A stretch of DNA of 64,000 nucleotides from positions 1,536,001-1,600,000 of the forward strand of contig CAXXWQ010000004.1 of NCBI GenBank assembly GCA_963674945.2, in the 5' to 3' direction. Below are positions 58,705-64,000 of the stretch, piece by piece. Source of the stretch: an uncultured Desulfosarcina sp. (GTDB taxonomy: Bacteria; Desulfobacterota; Desulfobacteria; Desulfobacterales; Desulfosarcinaceae). Under the pieces are notes generated by a model. The model was not told the origin of the DNA and made no database searches. It saw only the letters and a list, made by a program, of their open reading frames with translations. The stretch's first letter is position 1; each line of letters starts with the position of its first letter. Both the position numbers and the translations under genes were made by a program.

Positions 58705-60561
58705 TAGATTGCGGCTATAAAAAAGATGCAAAAAAAGTAAAGATCGGGAGGTGTTAGCTGGTCAATATCTTTAGGTAAAATTTTTACATGGGATACGACC
58801 TTTCTCCTTTTGCGGGTTGGAGAAAGACAACGCAACAACCGCTGGCTTTAACCGGCGGTTGTTGCGTTTAGATAGTTCCCATCCACGATAATAAGTGGCT
58901 GGAATAAATAAAAAAAGCGCATTTTGTGCTGGCATTTTCTCACTATATGTAGTATAAAGTATTTTGCCAAACACTTAAAAATACTACGGAAACAAGAAAA
59001 GGGGCCAACACAAAATGCGCGAGAAACAACAAAAACGAATGCCTCTGATGGATTTTGCCACAGGTCATCCCAAAGAAATAGAACTGGAGATGATTAGCAG
59101 TATCCTTGATGAGACTTCTACCATTTACGATCATGTTCTGCAAGACCTCAACGGTGGTTTGAAGGTTGAACGTAACCGCACCGGTGCAAATGGTATGAGC
59201 GCCGAGCAGGTAACCCGGGCCGCGATTGTGATGAAGCTTTTCAACTTCACCTATGAAGATCTGGCCTTTCATATCTCTGATTCCAGATCGCTCAGACTGT
59301 TTTGCAGGATCGGTATTTTCGATAAGGGCTTCAAAAAGTCCGCCCTGAATCAAAATATCAAAAGGATCAGACCAGAAACCTGGGAACTCATTTCCCTGGA
59401 CCTTTTGGCATATGCGAAAGACAACGACATCGAAAAAGGCCGAAAGGCTCGGGTTGATTGTACCGTTGTCGAGAGCAACATCCATCCGCCTTATGATTCG
59501 ATGCAGTTGTACGACTCAGTACGTGTGCTCACGCGGTTGTTGACCCAAGCCCGGGATGACTTCAAGCTCAGAATTGTTTTCACGGATCATCGTCGCCGTG
59601 CGAAAAAGAGGATGACCGCCATCCAGTACGCAAAAGGAGAAAAAGAACGACTGTCCCCGTATACAGACCTGCTCAAGGTCACCCGGAAAACCATCGGCTA
59701 CGCGATTAAAGCCGAGGAAATTATAGGTGGACACTACACGGCAAATTTTCAATTGCTTGGCTTACTGGACGCCATCAGACATTATGGCGATTTGGCCCGT
59801 CAGGTCTACGATCAGACCTATCGCCGGGTTATTCAAGGCGAAAGCGTACCAGCCGACCAGAAGGTGTTTTCAATTTTCGAAGACCACACGGACATCATCA
59901 TCAAAGACCGTCGGGAAAGTAATTATGGTCATAAAATTTGCCTAACCGGGGGAGCCTCGAACCTTATCCTTGATTGTGTCATTCTTGAGGGTAATCCCGC
60001 CGACAGCAAACTGGTTGAAAAGATGTTGGACCGTCAGAACCAGGTCTACGGGCGTTACCCACTGAAAGTGGCATTGGACGGTGGCTTTGCGTCCAAAGGA
60101 AATCTGGCGGTTGCCAAAGCCAGAGGCGTCAAAGATGTCTGCTTTGCCAAGAAGCGTGGTCTTGACGAGGGTGACATGTGTCGCAGTCCTTATGTTTACA
60201 GAAAGCTCAGGCAGTTCCGTGCCGGGATCGAATCGGGGATATCCTGGCTCAAACGCAGTTTCGGCTTGACCCGTTGTACCTGGAAAGGATTTCGCTCATT
60301 CAAAAGCTATGTGCTTTCATCGGTTGTCGCGGCCAATCTGATTACGATCGCCCGAAAGCAAATAGCAGCTGCTACGTAAGCAAAGCATAGAAAACGGCCG
60401 GGCATTTGCAGCGAAGGGATAGGTGCGTCTGGAGAAGCGCTTCAATAAGCATTAACCCTAAATAGAACGGTTTTTGTATACTACTGTGCTGGAGAAAAAG
60501 CTCCTCCCCGTTTTTACTTCTCAGCACACGGCTGAAAATATCAATTTATGGACGGACACTA
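58705..60561 (+). mobile_element. ISNCY/IS5-like insertion sequence, about 1.86 kb
   Basis: Ends TAGATTGCGGCTATAAA and (reverse complement) TAGTGTCCGTCCATAAA match 12/17; GATAG present at both junctions; removing the element restores a hairpin. Confidence 0.72.
59015..60379 (+). CDS. DDE transposase (ISNCY/IS5-like)
   Basis: RVDCTVVESNIH.P.D, KVFSIFE.HT.II.K, GHK, DGGFAS, FRAGIE.GIS.LKR. Confidence 0.92.
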   Translation: MREKQQKRMPLMDFATGHPKEIELEMISSILDETSTIYDHVLQDLNGGLKVERNRTGANGMSAEQVTRAAIVMKLFNFTYEDLAFHISDSRSLRLFCRIGIFDKGFKKSALNQNIKRIRPETWELISLDLLAYAKDNDIEKGRKARVDCTVVESNIHPPYDSMQLYDSVRVLTRLLTQARDDFKLRIVFTDHRRRAKKRMTAIQYAKGEKERLSPYTDLLKVTRKTIGYAIKAEEIIGGHYTANFQLLGLLDAIRHYGDLARQVYDQTYRRVIQGESVPADQKVFSIFEDHTDIIIKDRRESNYGHKICLTGGASNLILDCVILEGNPADSKLVEKMLDRQNQVYGRYPLKVALDGGFASKGNLAVAKARGVKDVCFAKKRGLDEGDMCRSPYVYRKLRQFRAGIESGISWLKRSFGLTRCTWKGFRSFKSYVLSSVVAANLITIARKQIAAAT

Positions 60562-60580
60562 GATAGTTGATCCGATCTTA

Positions 60581-61006
60581 TCATTTAACAATGATCGTAC
60601 CGGCTGATTTCACCGAGGGTTGCGTCTTCGGTTGTATTTCGTAGTTATAGGTTCCAGCTTTTACTATTTGCAGACTCTTTGTTTGGCCTTTTCCATAATA
60701 GCCGGTAACAAAGCTTTTCTTCGATCCCTCGCATTCAAAGCCTGACGGGTTGACAATACACTCTTCACTGCCCATGAATCTAATTTTGACAGAATCCTTG
60801 CTCATGTTTGCCCAAAACACACAATCACCGGCGGATATCTCCAGTGTCTGTGGATCAATTGCGATAACTATGGTAGGTTGCGCCTGAGATGTTACCTTTA
60901 TAAGCAGGCATTCCTCGGCGGAAACTGTTTCCGTCCCCAGCATGCTCAACACCATGACGACCGCAAAACAGATACCGATTCCGATGATAAAACGTTTGTT
61001 TTTCAT
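60581..61006 (-). CDS. Exported cupredoxin-fold-like protein
   Basis: Signal peptide; P..LEI.AGD.V.W.N, GTYNY and GTIIV patterns; AAGGAG RBS. Confidence 0.65.
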   Translation of the reverse strand: MKNKRFIIGIGICFAVVMVLSMLGTETVSAEECLLIKVTSQAQPTIVIAIDPQTLEISAGDCVFWANMSKDSVKIRFMGSEECIVNPSGFECEGSKKSFVTGYYGKGQTKSLQIVKAGTYNYEIQPKTQPSVKSAGTIIVK

Positions 61007-61267
61007 AATTGCTCTCCTTTCTTAGATGATTAGCAGCAAAATAAATTCGGCATGTGCTTAGAACGCTACGTGTAGCAAGCATGAATAAATATAAAATGAC
61101 CATTTAGAATATGTCAATTATTATCGTTGCTGAATGAAGAAAGTAAGCTTCATGGTAATATCTTTTATGGTACTTTTATCTAATCTGACATGACGATGTG
61201 CAAGCAATAATTACAATATGTAAATCCAAGACTAGAAATTCATTGCCTCCTAGTAAATGATAGCAAA

Positions 61268-63127
61268 CTATCGATCGAAACGAATTATCAGTTTGTAGAT
61301 ACCTTGATCCAGTGTGGCGTCAATTCTCCCCTCTTTTTCGAAGACTTTCATCATGGCCCTGTTGCTGGCCAAAACATCCGCCCTAAAACCCTGCAAGCCG
61401 CGTTCTTTGGCCAGTTTCACCAAGTATCGATACATAAATGTGGCGATACCATATCCCTGGTATGATTCATCAACGACAAATGCGACTTCGGCGTAGAGAC
61501 GATCGGGACTTTTCGCATACCGACCTTCGGCGATGAGGCGGCCTTTGTCCGGAGGACCGACCAAACCGACAATCGACATAACTTGCCCATAATCCACATT
61601 GACGTATCTTTGCATGGATGCGTGCGGCATGGCTTTGAGATGTGTGAAATAGCGGTAGTAGACGGCTTTATCTGAAAACCGATAAAACAGCCGACGCATC
61701 TGATCTTCATCCGATGGTTTGATGGCTCTGAACCGTACTTTTACATCATTTTTAAAGGTTTTCGTAGTTTCGATCTCCTTCGGATAAAGATGTGCGGATT
61801 GGTCGATAAATATCTGGTCCTTATACAGAATATTGTTTTCTTTGGCCGTTTCCAAAAGCCGTTTGCGATCTTCCGGATGGGCAACCTCAATCAACGCCTG
61901 GGCGCGTTCTCTCAAGGTTCTGCCGTACAGATTGGCGACACCGAATTCCGTAACCACCAAATCCACTGCCTCACGGATGGTAAATGGCTCTTCAAACGCT
62001 TCTACAGACAGCAGGATATTGCATTCATTTTTTTCATTGCGACTGGGCAGGGCAAATATACTCATTCCTCCCTGGGAGATTCGACAACCAGTCACCATAT
62101 TCACCACTTCTCCGAGAGTGCCGCCAAAGTTGATTCTTCCAGGGAAAAGAGCAATTCGGCCTGAAAGATCCACTTTACGGCAATGGATAACACCCATAAA
62201 TTTCGCATTTCGGCCCATGGATAATGGATTGAAAACTTGCTCGATGCTTTGAAATTCCACCATGGGATTATTGGCCAGCCATTCGTATAACGCCTTGGAA
62301 CCGATTGCGTATGATACCAAAGATTTGCCCGTAAAAATCTTCTTGTTCCGATTACTGACGGCACCACTTTTACACAAACGCATTAGCGCGTCGGTAAAGA
62401 GAGGGGATTGAATGCCCAAATGTTGTTTGTTGGAAAGGCTCAAACACAATGCGTCATCAATCGGCCCGAAGGAAAGAGACAGGCAACTTCCGTCTTCGAT
62501 GACTGATGCGATATTGTCAGCGATTTCATAAAAAACGGGCCGGTGTTCACTGGGGTTGAAGCCAAAATGGATAATCGGCTCTTCGGATTCGATCAGGTAA
62601 TCAAATTCCGAAATTGGCACAAATGTATCTCCATACGTAAAGGGCATGCTTTCATTGATTTCGCCAATGACCAATTTTGCCTGGTGCATCGCCTGTCGTG
62701 CCGCATCCATTGCAATGCCAAAATTGCAGTAACCGGCAGCATTGGGTTTTGTTATCTGAATGACGGCCACATCTATGTTCATCTGGCCCGAACCAATAAG
62801 ATAGGGAATCTGGAATAAAAACACCGGAATCAGGTCCACCTTGCCGGAATCAATCGCTTCACTGGTGAGAACCCCGGAAATACAGGTTTTCAGACGATAT
62901 TTTTTCGAGTAAATCTCTTGGGCCGAGAAAGCTTCTATGCCGAATACCTGTATCAATTCAAGATCATACAAGTTTTTTAGCTTCGACTTGTTTAACGCTT
63001 TAATAAAACCTCGGGGTTCCGCGGGACCGGTACTTAAATAAATACTCATCCCCGGTTTGATTTTTTTTAACACTTCTTTAACGGGAATAACCTTTTCCTG
63101 CCAATTGACTGATTGAGGCCCTTTCAT
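61268..63127 (-). CDS. Acetyl-CoA hydrolase/transferase-like domain fused to a C-terminal GNAT domain
   Basis: DVAVIQ..P...GY..FG, MP.T.GD, IFALPS, VVTEFGVANL.G..LRERA.ALI.VAHP; GNAT AEVAFVV...YQG.GI, N.AM.KVF. Confidence 0.88.
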   Translation of the reverse strand: MKGPQSVNWQEKVIPVKEVLKKIKPGMSIYLSTGPAEPRGFIKALNKSKLKNLYDLELIQVFGIEAFSAQEIYSKKYRLKTCISGVLTSEAIDSGKVDLIPVFLFQIPYLIGSGQMNIDVAVIQITKPNAAGYCNFGIAMDAARQAMHQAKLVIGEINESMPFTYGDTFVPISEFDYLIESEEPIIHFGFNPSEHRPVFYEIADNIASVIEDGSCLSLSFGPIDDALCLSLSNKQHLGIQSPLFTDALMRLCKSGAVSNRNKKIFTGKSLVSYAIGSKALYEWLANNPMVEFQSIEQVFNPLSMGRNAKFMGVIHCRKVDLSGRIALFPGRINFGGTLGEVVNMVTGCRISQGGMSIFALPSRNEKNECNILLSVEAFEEPFTIREAVDLVVTEFGVANLYGRTLRERAQALIEVAHPEDRKRLLETAKENNILYKDQIFIDQSAHLYPKEIETTKTFKNDVKVRFRAIKPSDEDQMRRLFYRFSDKAVYYRYFTHLKAMPHASMQRYVNVDYGQVMSIVGLVGPPDKGRLIAEGRYAKSPDRLYAEVAFVVDESYQGYGIATFMYRYLVKLAKERGLQGFRADVLASNRAMMKVFEKEGRIDATLDQGIYKLIIRFDR

Positions 63128-63230
63128 TGTCTGTTAAACGCTTTCCGTTTTTAATTTGTTAGAAAAATCGGCAATTGAAAACGATAGGAAAAAACGATCT
63201 AAAAAAATGGCACCGCTAAGTTTATACGGT

Positions 63231-63902
63231 TCATTGAAAGATCAATACGTTGGCACTTTCAAACTGCCTGATGAATAGGCGATCGAGCCCGAAAGCGATG
63301 ACGGCGGACAAGACCAGGGAAATGATCAAGGTCTGGAGCAATCGAATTCGAATGGTGCGGTTGGGCGGATAAAAGAAAAGGCGCTTCAATACTTCTTTGA
63401 TTTCCCGATGGGATAGGCCGAGCACACGCTTGCTGGAAATGAAAATCATGGATACGGTAACATAGAGCACCACACACATAATACAAATCGCATTTAAAAT
63501 GACAAAAGAGATAAACAATTCATAAAGGGCAAACAAAATCATGAGCAAAGAGGTGATGTACACAAAACAATTCAGGTGGGCCTTTTCGCCGAATGAGAAC
63601 AGGTGTTCGATGTAGATGAAAAAAAAGAGAAATCCATGGGCGAACATGCCCAGGGTTGCCACCGAAACCCCCATGAACTTCGATCCAAAACTGGTCGTGA
63701 CCCGGTCGCAATCGATGGTTTCATTGATGACGCAGAAGCTGGCAGTTTCCGGCATCAGAATATTGACCTTGTAGTGGTGATAGGCCAAGTAAATGGAATC
63801 GATGAATCCGATGGTAAGAAATACCAACAACAATATACGCCATTTCACCTTGGTTTTATAAATAGCGTCAGCGTCTGAAGAGTTCATCCTTTTCCCAAGC
63901 AA
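63231..63902 (-). CDS. Vitamin K epoxide reductase (VKOR) family membrane protein
   Basis: Loop cysteines CVINETIDC..V..S, CIMC redox motif, multiple TM helices. Confidence 0.85.
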   Translation of the reverse strand: MLGKRMNSSDADAIYKTKVKWRILLLVFLTIGFIDSIYLAYHHYKVNILMPETASFCVINETIDCDRVTTSFGSKFMGVSVATLGMFAHGFLFFFIYIEHLFSFGEKAHLNCFVYITSLLMILFALYELFISFVILNAICIMCVVLYVTVSMIFISSKRVLGLSHREIKEVLKRLFFYPPNRTIRIRLLQTLIISLVLSAVIAFGLDRLFIRQFESANVLIFQ

Positions 63903-64000
63903 TCGTTCATTTCCGATGGGATTGTTTGACGATCAATACATCACAAGGTGCTTCCATGATGATGTATTGGGCCGTCGACCCCATGATGAATTTTCCCAGT

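Noticed and set aside
58691..60590. Integron attC site at the reconstructed hairpin
   Set aside because: It has a bulged base, but the RYYYAAC...GTTRRRY boxes are not in the required arrangement and no integron integrase is present.
1..64000. CRISPR array, prophage or rRNA genes
   Set aside because: No regularly spaced 25-40 bp repeats with unique spacers, no cas or phage genes, no rRNA-like sequence; the short arrays are 7-9-mers without spacers.
58559..64000. Integrative island at tRNA-Ala
   Set aside because: No integrase follows the tRNA and no duplicated tRNA 3' end was seen; the downstream DNA is AT-richer, so an island extending beyond the window cannot be excluded.

Overview
A mostly core-genome 64-kb stretch that looks like a sulfate-reducing Desulfobacterota (Desulfobacteraceae/Desulfosarcina-like; inferred from the qrcABCD operon, gene styles and repeat types, not proven). 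In order it holds: a ferredoxin-like membrane protein, an Old Yellow Enzyme, a serine hydrolase split by an in-frame amber codon, two hybrid histidine kinases, a TolC-MFP-RND-Usp operon, an orphan MotA/MotB-like pair, minDE without minC, an acyltransferase-3 gene, cysE-cysK followed by an MBL-fold hydrolase and a B12-dependent RiPP-type radical SAM, a complete 2.46-kb IS with a 5-bp target duplication, a TPP-riboswitch-controlled thiSGHFC operon, murA, a diheme cytochrome, a GAF protein, qrcABCD plus an unlisted 54-aa membrane ORF, a Gld-like ABC system, an M16 peptidase, ppiD, tRNA-Ala(GGC), an ISNCY/IS5-like element, a CoA-transferase-GNAT fusion and a VKOR protein. No CRISPR array, prophage or rRNA was seen. 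The best leads are tandem NrdR-like boxes over the minDE promoter, the orphan ion-motor pair, a cryptic class III cyclase-like domain in the GAF protein, a structured leader inside an IS that inserted into a hairpin, the small qrc ORF, the amber-split hydrolase, a precursor-less radical SAM with an expanded Cys motif and an apparently catalytically dead CoA-transferase fused to GNAT. All family calls come from reading motifs by eye; no database search was run.
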